Assembly (NCBI GenBank): GCA_964016885.1
Contig: OZ024742.1
Coordinates: 312,604,001-312,668,000, forward strand
Direction: 5' to 3'
DNA: 64,000 bases
Source of the DNA: Eledone cirrhosa
Lineage: Eukaryota
How positions within the stretch are numbered: the stretch's first letter is position 1; the number at the start of each line of letters is the position of its first letter. A program made the translations under genes and the position numbers. This document shows, piece by piece, positions 13,374 through 27,601 of this stretch. Under the pieces are notes generated by a model. It did no database searches. It was not told where the DNA came from and worked only from the letters and a program-made list of their open reading frames with translations.

Positions 13374-14104
13374 GGTTTGTCGATACGTATATATATATAT
13401 ATTAATTATTTATTAAAATAACAGATTAAAGTTTAAGTAAAGAATCGCTGCTTTCACTCTTAAATATATATATTTAAACATTTAGTTTCTATAGAGAGAG
13501 AGAGAGAGACACACACACATATCTACAGTTTAGTATGTCCCTCATCCGATTTTGTTTTCTTCATAACTTTCTTAATTAATCTAACAATTTTTAAATGAAA
13601 TTTAGAGATACGTTTATTCCGATAAAATATTTTTAAAAATTAAGTTAATTTCTTTAATTGTTAAAGTTCAATTCTGAGTTCAAATCCCGCCGAGGTCAAC
13701 TTTGCCTTTGATCCTTACGGGGTCGATAAAATAAAGTACCAGTAATGTACTGAGTTTTTGTGGCCTTGTGCCAAAAGTAGAAACAATTATTGTATAGTTC
13801 AATTCGTTTATGCTTTCATGACTAAATACTGGTAGGCTAAACACAAACTTGGACATTTCAATTTCATGTTGATAATGAATAATATCCATCAGGATAACAC
13901 CAGAATCATTTTTTTTTAAACTCCGTCAACATAATCTTAATCTATACCTTAATTTTAAAATATGCATTATTATGAAAGTTATGAAGTTGCTCATGTGGAA
14001 CATGTAGTTTAAACATATACATATATATTTAAACTAAATGTAAATAAAAATGTATTTAACTATAACGAGCCTTTATATATACATACATACATACACACAC
14101 ACAC

Positions 14105-14155
<51 letters not shown>

Positions 14156-14457
14156 GAAGGCTCGTTATAGTTAAATACACTTTTATATTTACCTACTGTT
14201 AACCAGAATGGCAAATGTATACTGTTAATATTCTAAATAAAAAAAAAAGTAATCTGAATACACACACACGCGTGTGTGTGTATTCTATAAGAATAATGTG
14301 GGTGTATGAATGAGATTGTGTTTGCCCCTGAGTATATCCGACTAAAACAATGAGTGTGCATAGACACGATATGTGAGTGTGGGTATGGCATCAGAAAGGT
14401 GTGTAAATGAATATGAATGTATGTGTGCGTTTGAAAGAGAAAGAAACAATGTATTTG

Positions 14458-14496
<39 letters not shown>

Positions 14497-17400
14497 TATA
14501 CATATATATATATACACACACATTATTCAGTTGATGAAAGTTGGTTGATGAAATAATCTACCGACTTTTTCGTAAACAGAGATAAAGTACTCAATGATTT
14601 GTATTCCTTAGGATTTTCGCTCTAAGGTATCAACCGGAGTTTTAATATAATAAATATAATCAGAATCTATCTATATATATATGAATTGTACATAAACATA
14701 TGTGACAATGTTATATGTCTGTGTATGTATGTGTGTGCAAGAATAAAAGAGTTAAAACATGTCCATATAAGACACCGTTATTGGGTCTAACGAACCTTAG
14801 CGTCCTCTCATCCTAGCCTTTCCTGACTCACGTTAATATTGAATCCTGCTCCTGTGTCAGCAGACAAAATCGAAAAGGCGACGATGCATTGCAAAGGGCC
14901 CTTTAATTCCATCGATCACACACACACACACACAAGCACATCCACACAGATACAAAACAGGACGGATATATATATTAGCAGATGAGTTCGATTTTCTCCT
15001 TTTACTTTCATACTTGGTTTCACTACATGGTTTTGATAGATAGATTGATAGATAGATAGATTGATAGATAGATAGATTGATAGATCGATTGAGGTGGATA
15101 ATATAAATTAAATATATGATGGGATAATATAAATATGCGGTTTATAACTATAAATGTATGATGTGATACAAATAACATATATACGATGTTATAATTTAAA
15201 TACAAGAGATGACAATATAAATAAAATGAATATACACCTAGAAGTGCCAAAAGGCTTACTTCATTTTGGTTTGTATTCTGGCTGGATTCACTGTTGAGGC
15301 GAGGGTTGACATGTGGTGGTATACACAGCACATTAGTGACAGAGTACATACAGACTTATACACAAACACACTTGAAAACACATGGTAACTAAGAGAAATA
15401 GACACATACGGACACATAATTCTATATATAACGAGGGAACAGATACGAGATCGCTCGACCGGCTGGAAATTGGGTTCAGATTCATTGAATAATGTGTCCT
15501 GGGTTCACACTAGCGGGTGGTGAGAAAAAACAAACAGTAAAAGAATAAAATGCGCGCATAAATAAAACACACAAATACGCATTTCATAGTAAAGGACATA
15601 GAATAGCTCGGAGACACACACACACCTCCACAGAGACATCCAGAGTGAAAGAGAGAATAAAACTGACATATACATAAAAACTATACGATAATACGTGCAC
15701 TTGAAACACGCGCGCACACATATGCACTGTAGCTAAGAGTTATATTATATACAGAGACAGAAAAGGAAATACATTCGGCAAACGACAGTGTATACATGTG
15801 TGCAACACACAGAAAATTTAAATTGCGTATTCAAGGATCTGGAATATATATAGCTTTCCACTTTTTTTTTCTTCATAAAGTTTCCTATAAAAAAAAATAA
15901 TTTATAACAATAATACAACTTACCTAACAAATCAGTTAATGTTTATTTTTTGTTGCTGTTTTTTTAATCCTCAAGATAATGGTTTTAAAAAGTAACAAAG
16001 TTTGATGTGTTTGTTTTTTTCCTGTCTATATTTTTCCCTGCGTATATGTATAATAATAGATTAATAGTCCCGCTTGCTCTTCACAATTCCATCTTCTTGA
16101 TTTCAAATCATCAGTCTCAGCTATTTATGGCAAAAGTCAGCAGACGCAACTAACCGATATAATTAAAACATATCGAATACGAAGCTTACTTAAAATGAAG
16201 TATACGTTTGATAAAAGGTTTAAATAAAACTTTTAACTTGTTTTTATAATATCTCAGTGATAGCTTCTTTTACTTTAATAGAAACGACAGCGATGGTAGT
16301 AACTCCGTTGTTATGCATCGGTTTTGACTTGCCATTAGTGAACCAAGTCCAGAGGGCGCTTTGTTTGTTTTTGTTTTGTGGTTTTTTGTTAGTTTTTATT
16401 TTATTGTTTGCTCTATCTGTTTCTCGGTAAGGGGAGATCACCACGGCTCATCGCCCGTTCACCCTCTCGCTTGTTCGCCTGATTACTTCAGCAAACAGTT
16501 GAAGAATATCTCACCTCAAACTATCGCCTTCTACAATTCTTTCTGTTTCTTTCTTTTCCTCTCACTCTACAGCTTATCTCTATCTGACCCTCCTTGCTTC
16601 CAGCTACTTAACTTTAGCTGAACGTTATATTTACTCATACAAAAATATATAAAGTCCCGCATGTTACATGAAATACTGTGGGGAAAGGAAAAAATAACCC
16701 CTAACATTTTGGACACTATATTTCATCGGAAAAAGGTTATACATATTTTTAATTGTTTTATATTAGCACTAGAATAATCATTGTAAGCCTGTTCGTAGTT
16801 TAATGATTATCTCTGATTCAATCTCTGCCGTTTGTTTCGTATCTTACCACCATTTTGTTTCTCTCACGCCGGCGCTGATACAACGGGTGTATGTTTAACT
16901 TTTATTTATTTCATTTTTATCGGCTAATAATTATTTTACTTTGTGTCTTAAAACATCTTATCTTTCTATTAAATTGAAATTTCTAAAAGTTCTTCAGAGC
17001 TTTATTGATCGACCGAAAAGATTATCAAAGCATTGTTTATCTTTTACGTTCATCTTAATATCTCGTTTGTAATTTCAATTTCCCTCCTTCGTTTTTTGTT
17101 GTGTGTGTGTGTGTGTGTGATTTTTGTTTTGAATGTTTAACTTCTAATTATTTTCCATTATTACAAATCGGACATCAGTTATTATAATGCATAGTACCTT
17201 CTCTCCGACTTTGTTTCTTCTTAACTTTCTTAATAAAACACTTATAAATGAAATTTTGCAAAGAAACATTTCCCATGGTTTAGATTAGAAGTTTATATAT
17301 ATATATATATATATTCGGATTAATTAATCTTTTAAAAATACTATCATTGTTGTATATAGATCCATTTACTGGATGCTTTCGATTTGTATTTACTATAGAC

Positions 17401-17723
17401 TAAGCTTACGTAAACTCGGAATTTTTTCATAAATTTTTCGAATTTCATGTCTCAGGATAATACTATATATTTTGTCCAGGAACGCAATATTATTTCTACA
17501 GCAAAGAATTGGAAAGAGAGATTATTTTCTTTTTTTCTTTTTTGCATCAATATAATCGTAATCTATACTTTCGAAAACCTATTTGCATAATTTCATGAAC
17601 TATTGATCTATTAATTAACAAGAAAGTTTTGAGGAAACAAACGTAGATGCACTAAACTAATTAATCCAATTATAATTACCATCCTTTTTTTTTTAATGAA
17701 TGTATAATTAATAAAAAATATAT

Positions 17724-17742
17724 ATCTTTTTTTTATCCTCAG
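17724..17742 (+). promoter_or_regulatory. Candidate 3' splice acceptor of an SF3B5 5'UTR intron
   Basis: Polypyrimidine tract TCTTTTTTTTATCCTC followed by AG at 17741-17742, 157 nt upstream of the ATG. Confidence 0.55.
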
Positions 17743-17899
17743 GCAATTTGGAATTAAAGACGATCAAATTAACTTTAAAACAAAACGACGAGGAGTGAGG
17801 TGTAAGAAAAATAAATAAGTTAAACCTCTGTTCTAAACAATAGCAGCTGCTTCTACTACTACTGTTTAATACTTCTATAATATTGTTGTCGCTGTCGTC

Positions 17900-18157
17900 A
17901 TGGGTGATCGCTACAACATACACAGTCAGTTGGAACATCTACAGTCGAAATACATCGGCACTGGACACGCGGACACAAATAAATGGGAATGGCTGACTAA
18001 TCAACACAGGGACAGCTATGCTTCCTACCTTGGCCATTTCGATATGCTCAATTATTTCTCACTGGTGGAAAATGAATCCAAAGCTCGTGTCCGTTTCAAT
18101 CTGATGGAAAAGATGGTACAACCATGTGGTCCACCCCCGGAAAGACCGGAGGATTAA
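17900..18157 (+). CDS. SF3B5: Splicing factor 3B subunit 5 (SF3b10), intact 85-aa single-exon CDS
   Basis: MGDRYNIHSQLEHLQSKYIGTGHADTNKWEWLTNQHRDSYASYLGHFDMLNYFSLVENESKARVRFNLMEKMVQPCGPPPERPED closely matches SF3B5 as I recall it, over the full length, with no disablements. Confidence 0.97.
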   Translation: MGDRYNIHSQLEHLQSKYIGTGHADTNKWEWLTNQHRDSYASYLGHFDMLNYFSLVENESKARVRFNLMEKMVQPCGPPPERPED

Positions 18158-18624
18158 ATTATATCGGACTTATTATTGTATATTAAATATATAATTATTT
18201 CTATTCCATTCATATTTTTTTTTAAATCAACAATACAATTGTAAATTTGTCTCCTCTCTCCCATTTTTACTACACAACACAAACAAACATTCATTCATTT
18301 ACAGATGTATGTGATTTACACGCCCAGTTATGATCCCAAGTGATATTTCTCTTGGCGTATATGGTGCTCGGCACTTGTATTGAATCCTAATTATTCCCAA
18401 TTACGCCGCTAATTCACTACTCTCTCTCTCTCTCCTCACTATATATATATATATGTGTGAGTGTATGTGTATATATATATCGTTCTAAATCACCAAAAGG
18501 GTTCTAGTCTTTGTAGAAGTTATTTCTTGATGAAATAAATCATTTACTTTCTCTATCTAATGTAGTCAGTATTTTATTTAACTGTGGTCTCTTTCCGTTC
18601 TTCTTCGGAAAACCATTCTTAATT

Positions 18625-18659
<35 letters not shown>

Positions 18660-18794
18660 CAATGTATACACATTTCTACAGCATTCTAATAAATATTTCC
18701 TTTACAAGTAATCAAAATGTGTATACATAGGGCTTTCCGCCTGGGACAAAAGAAATCGTTTAAAGCAGGACACATTGGATATTATTATGTTGCC

Positions 18795-19325
18795 TTTCGA
18801 AATAAAGTACCAGTAATGCACTGGGTAATTGCTGGTCTTGTGCCAAAAGTAGAAACAATTATGGATTGGCAGTATCGGTAGAGGGTCGGACGCCATGCTT
18901 TGCAGCAAAGAGTTACGGCCCTTTATGATCTGAGTTCAAATCCCGCCGAGGTTAACATTGCCTTTCACCCTTACGGGGTCGATAAAATAAAGTACCAGTA
19001 ATACACTGGGATAATTGCTGACCTTGTGCCAAAAGTAGAAACAATTATTATTCCCGCCAAGGTTAACTTTGCCTTTCATCCTTACGGGGTCGATAAAATA
19101 AAGTACCAGTAATGCACTGGTAATTGCTGGCCTTGTGCCAAAAGTAGAAACAATTATTATTAACCTAGGGCGGTGAATTGGCAGTATCGGTAGAGGGTCG
19201 GACGCCATGCTTTGACGCATAGAGTTAGGGCCCTTGCCTTTCATCCTTACTGGGTCGATAAAATAAAGTACCAGTAATGTACTGAGTAATTGTTGGCCTT
19301 GTGCCAATAGTAGAAACAATTATTA
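18795..19325 (+). mobile_element. Tandem cluster of full and partial family A SINEs
   Basis: AAATAAAGTACCAGTAAT.CACTGG...CCTTGTGCCAA.AGTAGAAACAATTA occurs 4 times, with two tRNA-like heads (TTGGCAGTATCGGTAGAG). Confidence 0.85.
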
Positions 19326-21837
19326 ATAACCTTGAAAAAAAGACGAGACAGTCATGGCTGGAATTTTTTTTAAACATAAGTCTGCTCCATTACAGTTGAC
19401 CTGAAGCTAGAGAACAACCGAAAATGAACTATATAGGCAATGTCGAATCTAGTCTATCGGCTGTAGCCATTTTCACTTTCACTTTAAGGCCTCTGTCGGT
19501 CTTCAGAATAAACATAGACATCTCAATATCGCTCCTCTACTATTGTATGTCTGCGCTCCTGGGTCTATGTAAGAAAGCAGTATTTACACTAAAAACAAGC
19601 CGCCACCATCACTGCTGCTAGTCTGTAAACGTTGTTAACAAACACGCACTCACATGCAAATAGTTCCATCGTACTTGACTGTCTGTTTACATATGTAAAG
19701 CAGCAAAACGTGACTGATTCATAGTAATGGGCCCTTATTGATATTAGTTTTAGTTGCAGTTTTATAGTTTTTATTACTTTCTTTATTAATATTTATTTTA
19801 ATTCTCTTGGGGAAGGGGGACTTTTTTTTCTAAAAGAAAATTGTTCTGTTAATAATTTGACTCAGAAAATATAGATACAAGGACAAATACAATTGCTCAA
19901 TTTTTTTTTTCCCTTTACTGTTATTTAGAGTTTTTTTTTTCATATTTTAGAAAAGATTTTCATTGTCTGGCCTGCAAGATTTAATCATTTCCATGTATCT
20001 ATTTATACACACTACCATTATAATTACACACCGTTTTTTAAACTTATTTGTTGCCATATTTTTAATAAAATACTGCCTATCATTTTAAAATAATTTTGAA
20101 AATAATCAAGAGCTTTCAGGAATATAGTAAAATAACTAACTTGATTATTATTAAGTTGCTGTTTGGAACTTAAAGAATTCTTACATAAAATTATAATGTA
20201 AAGTTTAAATTTAGATATGAATTCTTTAAAAGCCCAGTTTTTAGAATAAGGTACATCTAGGTGTCTAGAAGGATGGCATCGTCATCGTTTAATGTCTATT
20301 TTTCACGCTAGCATGGGTTAGACGGGTTTGTCCCAGTAGAAGCAAGTTGGGTTAGGTGACCGTGTCTTGCTCATATATGCTTGATTTCTATGGCTGGATG
20401 CCCTTCCTAACGGCAACCACAGTGTGTGCTGGGTGGTCTTGGTCGTGTCTCCTACACCACTTTACAGTGTGGGCTGGATGTTTTTGTGATACCAACATAA
20501 CTTTACAGAGTAAGGCTGGTATGGGCAGAAGTGGGAGAGGGTGTATAGTGGATTAAGAGGTGCCTACTGGGTGTATGTTTGAGTCCATGCCAACATAGAA
20601 GAATGGACAAAAAAACATTGATGATGATCACTTTTGCATATATTTTTGTGGACATATATCACTTTATACCTATGTTCTTCATATAGACAGATTTCTATCA
20701 TAGAATCCAGAGGTGGTTTGGTATCAAAAGACTTAATGGTTTAATCTTGAAGAAGTTACACCCTAAAGTTTCACCTGTGTAATGAACTCTTAGGAGAGAA
20801 GAAAAAATTGGGTAAAAATGGGATATGGAAACAATCGACAAGATCCCAGGCCTCATTTGCTTATCGAGTGGGTGAAACGTAAATTGAGCAATGTTTCCAT
20901 TGCTGATACTATCTACTGGTTGCAACTCCTGGCAGAAAGTGCAACATTAATAAAAAACAAAGCTACAACCATAGAAAGACTTCCTTATTCGTGGAACAAC
21001 AGCAACCGGATGAAGACACTGACACAGTTTTGCCTCCTTGAAATTCCTACATTTATACATACATTCAAAAATGTTGTCAGTGTGCCAGAAACCAATAAAC
21101 TATACACTTTTATATCTTACAAAGTATTTTAATTAATCACAGTTATTTCTGAAATAAAACTCAGACAGTGCATGTTGCCTAGTGGTTAAGGTGTTGGATT
21201 TATGATCATAACTTCAGTTCAGTTCTTGAACCAGGTGTCAGGTTGCTTTTGAGCAAGATGCTTCATTTCACATTGTTTCCATGATAGGACTTGGTGTCAG
21301 CTGTATATTTCATTTTTTTTCCATGGAATTTTGTTTGTTTTCCCAAAAAATGCCTCTTTTTTTTTCTGGATAGTATTATGTAATTCCTGCAGAATTACCT
21401 TCATTCAACGGATTGGACACCAACTTAGTGTTTTATATCCTTCTAGTACACAAACATGATATGTAATTGGTTCAACAGTGTAAGTTATTGGTAGAACTAA
21501 TTCAGGTTAATGTATTTAGATAATTGGATTTCTCTAAAGGTATAGTATTATAGCATCTGTTTAACTAATGCCTAGAAAATGAGATGCTTTACTTTTCTTC
21601 ATTATGTTTTTTTATACTGTGGAGGAAAAGAAATAGATTGTATAAATGTTTCTTAACACATAACATCCTGTACCACATTAGCAAGATATTCTTGAAAAAT
21701 ACAAGAAAACACTGACTATCACACTAAGAATGAAAGTATTTAGCCTAATAGTGCAAATTTTCACAGCAATCTACATACTAGTAAGGATACTATAAAATCT
21801 GAATGTTAACAAAAATAGTTTAGATATTTTCTGTTAA

Positions 21838-22044
21838 CCCTTTAGCATTTGAACCAGCTCTATCTAGCCAGAATTTTCTCACCCTTTCTGTTCAAACCAG
21901 CTGTAACTGGCCACTCATACCGATGTTGAGGCATTGTTCTCGAAATAAATAAAATCAAAATCTCATAGATTCGATATTATATGAAATAAAGCTTTTACTG
22001 TGAAAATACAATAGTAAATATAGAGTAATGTAAATACTAAAGGG
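21838..22044. mobile_element. piggyBac-like MITE family 1 with TTAA target-site duplication
   Basis: TTAA|CCCTTTAGCATTT...AAATACTAAAGGG|TTAA; close homologue at 27396-27601. Confidence 0.85.
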
Positions 22045-22339
22045 TTAAATCATTACAGGGTGTTAAGAGATAAGCTGTTTATTTTTATGTAAAATCTCTC
22101 GCTGGATATGATACCAGTTTGTCTGGCAACATTCTCAAGGTATCTACTACAGATTCCCAACTGCTAGGAGGACAGGTGAGTAGAATTAAATGTACAGTCC
22201 AACTAAAGCCACTGAGGATGGACTTGATGTGCTAGAAATAGCAGCTAAATCTCCCTGAAATTATACATTTGTTTAAAGTTAACGTGTATACTAAGCCTAG
22301 ACTCATCAGGCAGGAGCTTATCTTGGTTGCATCGGCATT

Positions 22340-24190
22340 AAATGACTGACAGTACAAAACTCTCTCAACTGGACAGGACACTAGTATGTTACTGGAGTGA
22401 CTGATTAAAAGACTCAACTGGACAGGACACCAGTATGTTACTGGAGTGACTGATAATACAAGACTGTCAACTGGATAGGACACCAGTATGTTGCTTGTCT
22501 GACTGACAATACAGGACTTTATAATGGATAGGACACCAGTGTGTTGTATGTCTGACTGGCAGTACAAGGCTGTCTCAACTGGACGACTCCAGTGTGTTAC
22601 TGGTCTGACTTACAATACAGGACAGGACGACACCAGTGGTCTTACTGACAAGATAGGACTGTCTCTACTGGACAGGATACTAGTGTGTGGCTGGTCTGAC
22701 TGACACTACAGGACTCCCTCCACTGGACAGAACACAACACCATTGTGTTGGAGGTGTGACTGACAGTACAACACTATGTTACTGGTCCTTGACAGGACAC
22801 CAGTGGTCTGACAGTACAGGACTCCCTCCACTGGACAGAACACAACACCATTGTGTTGGAGGTGTGACTGACAGTACAACACTATGTTACTGGTCCTTGA
22901 CAGGACACCAGTGGTCTGACAGTACAGGACTCCCTCCACTGGACAGAACACAACACCATTGTGTTGGAGGTGTGACTGACAGTACAACACTATGTTACTG
23001 GTCCTTGACAGGACACCAGTGGTCTGACAGTACAGGACTCCCTCCACTGGACAGAACACAACACCATTGTGTTGGAGGTGTGACTGAGAGTACAACACTA
23101 TGTTACTGGTCCTTGACAGGACACCAGTGGTCTGACAGTACAGGACTCCCTCCACTGGACAGAACAACGCCATTGTGTTGGAGGTGTGACTGAGAGTACA
23201 ACACTATGTTACTGGTCCTTGACAGGACACCAGTGGTCTGACAGTACAGGACTCCCTCCACTGGACAGAACACAACACCATTGTGTTGGAGGTGTGACTG
23301 AGAGTACAACACTATGTTACTGGTCCTTGACAGGACACCAGTGGTCTGACAGTACAGGACTCCCTCCACTGGACAGAACAACGCCATTGTGTTGGAGGTG
23401 TGACTGAGAGTACAACACTATGTTACTGGTCCTTGACAGGACACCAGTGGTCTGACAGTACAGGACTCCCTCCACTGGACAGAACACAACGCCATTGTGT
23501 TGGAGGTGTGACTGAGAGTACAACACTATGTTACTGGTCCTTGACGGGACACCAGTGGTCTGACAGTACAGGACTCCCTCCACTGGACAGAACACAACAC
23601 CATTGTGTTGGCGGTATGACTGACAGTACAACACTATGTTACTGGTCCTTGACGGGACACCAGTGGTCTGACAGTACAGGACTCCCTCCACTGGACAGAA
23701 CACAACGCCATTGTGTTGGAGGTGTGACTGAGAGTACAACACTATGTTACTGGTCCTTGACGGGACACCAGTGGTCTGACAGTACAGGACTCCCTCCACT
23801 GGACAGAACACAACACCATTGTGTTGGCGGTATGACTGACAGTACAACACTATGTTACTGGTCCTTGACGGGACACCAGTGGTCTGACAGTACAGGACTC
23901 CCTCCACTGGACAGAACACAACGCCATTGTGTTGGAGGTGTGACTGAGAGTACAACACTATGTTACTGGTCCTTGACGGGACACCAGTGGTCTGACAGTA
24001 CAGGACTCCCTCCACTGGACAGAACACAACGCCATTGTGTTGGAGGTGTGACTGAGAGTACAACACTATGTTACTGGTCCTTGACGGGACACCAGTGGTC
24101 TGACAGTACAGGACTCCCTCCACTGGACAGAACACAACACCATTGTGTTGGCGGTATGACTGACAGTACAACACCATGTTACTGGTCCTG
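22340..24190. repeat. 108-bp minisatellite (~13.5 near-identical copies, 22700-24190) preceded by degenerate ~57-bp ancestral units
   Basis: The unit GTCTGACAGTACAGGACTCCCTCCACTGGACAGAACACAACACCATTGTGTTGG... gives a 36-codon period in the ORF track. Two units carry a 2-bp deletion. Confidence 0.95.
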
Positions 24191-24544
24191 AAGAAGAAGA
24201 AGTAGTAGTACTAGTCCGCTATTATACCCACTTAGCCATAGGAATGTTATGAAGGAGATTGTGCAGAATACATTTTTGCCCACACAACTAAAATATTAGT
24301 TAATCCATGCACCTTTATGTGGTCATTCCTGCTAGAAATAACAACTAAATCTTTCTTATATCACACCACTACCATCTTAAAAATGAAATACATATTAATG
24401 TAAATCCAAGATACACATATCTGAAAGTGAAATGCACTACAATTAATGACCACAGGTGTGGTCAGGTTAGCTTGATGATGACATACCTTGGGTTAAACAA
24501 CAACAAAAATAATGTCAAACATTCTTTTTAACATTTTGATCATG

Positions 24545-26250
24545 CTTCCATTACCACCACCACCATTATCATCATTATCATCTCCACCACTACCATCATC
24601 ATTACCACCACCGCCACTGCCATTATTATCACCACCACCACCATCATTATTATTACCACCACCACCATCATCATCACCAATACCACCACCACCACCATCA
24701 TCATTATTACCACCATCACCACCACCACCATCATCATTATTACCACCACCACCATCATCATTATTACCACCCCCACCACCACCATCACTATCATCATTAT
24801 TACCACCACCACCACCACCATCATTATTATTACCACCACCACCACCACCATCATCATTATTACCACCACCACCACCACCATCATTATTATTACCACCACC
24901 ACCACCACCATCATCATTATTACCACCACCACCACCATCATTATTATTACCACCATCATCATTATTACCACGACCATCACCACCACCACCACTATCACCA
25001 CGACCATCACCACCACCACCACCACTATCACCACCACCACCACCACCATCATTATTACCACCACCACTATCACCACCACCACCATCATCATCATTATTAC
25101 CACCACCACCACCATCATCACCACCACCAGCACCACCACCACCATCATCACCACGACCATCACCACCACCACCACCATCATCATTATTACCACCACCACT
25201 ATCACCACCACCACCATCATCATCATTATTACCACCACCACCACCATCATCACCACCACCACCACCACCACCACCATCATCACCACCACCATCACCACCA
25301 CCACCACCATCATCATTATTACCACCACCACCATCACCACTACCACCACCATCACCATCACCACCATCATCATCACCACCACCATCACCATCATCACCAC
25401 CACCACCACCATCATCATTATTATTACCTCCACCACCATCATCATTATTACCATCACCATCATCACCACCATCATCATTAATACCATCACCACCAACATC
25501 ATTATCACCACCATCATCATTACCACCACTTCCATCATTATCACCACCATCACGACCACCACGACCATCACCACCATCATCACCATTATCACCACCACCA
25601 CCATTACCACTACCACCATCATCATCATTATCACCACCAACATTATCATTATCACCACCACCATCATCATCACCACCACCACCATCATTACCACTACTAC
25701 CATCATCATCATTATCACCACCACCATCATCATCACCACCACCATCACCACCACCACCATCATCATCACCACCACCACCATCATTACCACTACTACCATC
25801 ATCATCATTATCACCACCACCATCATCATCACCACCACCATCACCACCACCACCATCATCATCACCACCACCACCATCATTACCACTACTACCATCATCA
25901 CCATTATCACCACCACCATCATCATCACCACCACCATCACCACCACCACCATCACTTATATCATTATCACCACCACCATCATCATCACCACCACCATCAC
26001 CACCACCACCATCACTTATATCATTATCACCACCACCATCATCATTACCACCACCACCATCATTACCACTACTACCATCATCATCATTATCACCACCAAC
26101 ATCATCATTATCACCACCAACATCATCATTATCACCACCACCATCATCATCATCACCACCACCACCATCATTATCACCATCATCATCATCATCATTACCA
26201 CCACCACCATCATCATTATCACCTCTACCATCACCACCACCACCATTAAT
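24545..26250. repeat. Long compound trinucleotide microsatellite (CCA/TCA/TTA)n
   Basis: About 1.7 kb of CCA, TCA and TTA triplets with internal block duplications. Confidence 0.97.
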
Positions 26251-27395
26251 AACAACATGGTTATGAACATTATGACCATTCTCTTTTGTTTTAAATGTTA
26301 ATCCTTTTGACACCATTGTTTTAAATGTTTATACTTATCTAAAAACCTTCCATCATAATTTCATGTAAGAACCTTTGTTAGTTTCACTTCCAAACACCAG
26401 CTTAATATTGATAAATCTCTGAAAATTATTTGAAAATCGTAGGCAGTGTCTTTCAGTAGAAATATGATAATAAAAGGGTTAATATTTCTTTACTGTACAT
26501 TAGTTAATGTAAGCTAGTAGATGGAATGCCTTTGATCATAGTTTTCTTTCATGCAGGCTAAAACAACAATTTCATGCAGAGTAAAACAACAACCAAACAA
26601 AAATTATTCATTATACCAAATTACAAGTCTGTGTTGTAATTTCTTAACAGTTTATGCAAATTAACCCACCCTGTGTGAATTAAGAGACATTTTCTGACTA
26701 GACTTAAACAAAATCTCAATACAGTGGGAATCAAACTCACTGAAGGATTTGAAATTTTTAAATTCAAATCTAGGGTATATTGTACAAGATTTGATTCACA
26801 GCAAGACTAAGCTTTAACTCTTTTGATACCAAACTACCACTAGGTAATGAGATGTTTATTTTAAGATGCTTATATTTAAAAACCTTCCATCATAGTTTTA
26901 GGTAAGAACCTCCATTAAATTCTGCTCCCAACCCCAGCTTAATAATGAGGAAGTTATCTTACTAAGTCCTTCCAAATTCTTGATTATTTTCTAAATGATT
27001 TGAAAAAAAAATGGCATTGCCTTTCTTTAGAAATATGGTAATGAAGGTGTTAAACATAAATGTATTTTGATATATTGTAATTTCTAAGTTCTGTTTGTAC
27101 ATTGATCATGTGTGTGGGATGATGCTTCTGATGTACAAACAGACATCCTAGACCACATGCTAATCAAAACTGTTCAACTGATTCACAATTATTAATTCAT
27201 CAGCATGCTGCAATCGTTAACTCGCAGTCACACATTTTCTTCTCTCTGCTTTGTTAATTGCTAGCATAATTAGCTCTACTCTTTTAGATTAAGTAACTCT
27301 CAGGCTGTTTTGTATCAAAAAGGTTAAGTGTATTGAATAAAAAAATGTGCCCACTATCTTTTGGGGTCAATTAATTATGAATATTTTAATTTTAA

Positions 27396-27601
27396 CCCTT
27401 TAGCATTTAAACTGGCCATATCCGACCAGAAATCTCTCACTTCTTTCTGTTCAAACTGGCAGTAACCAGCCGCTCATACTGATGTTAAGGTATTGTTCTC
27501 AAAATAAATAGTATCAAAATCTCAGATTCAAAATGATATGATGTAAAGCCTTTATGGTGAAAATATAAGAGGAAATATAGAGTAATGTAAATGCTAAAGG
27601 G
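27396..27601. mobile_element. piggyBac-like MITE family 1, second copy
   Basis: TTAA|CCCTTTAGCATTTA...TAAATGCTAAAGGG|TTAA (14-bp TIR). Confidence 0.88.

Noticed and set aside
22687-24191. Repetitive 36-aa ORFs and a CRISPR-like appearance
   Set aside because: Units are contiguous with no unique spacers, frames break at 2-bp deletions, and the context is eukaryotic. No hammerhead core was found in the unit.
24493-26316. Long ORFs (607, 584 and 471 aa; Gly/Asp-, Pro/Ser- and Val/Met-rich)
   Set aside because: By-products of a stop-poor trinucleotide microsatellite open in several frames; no domain or splice evidence.
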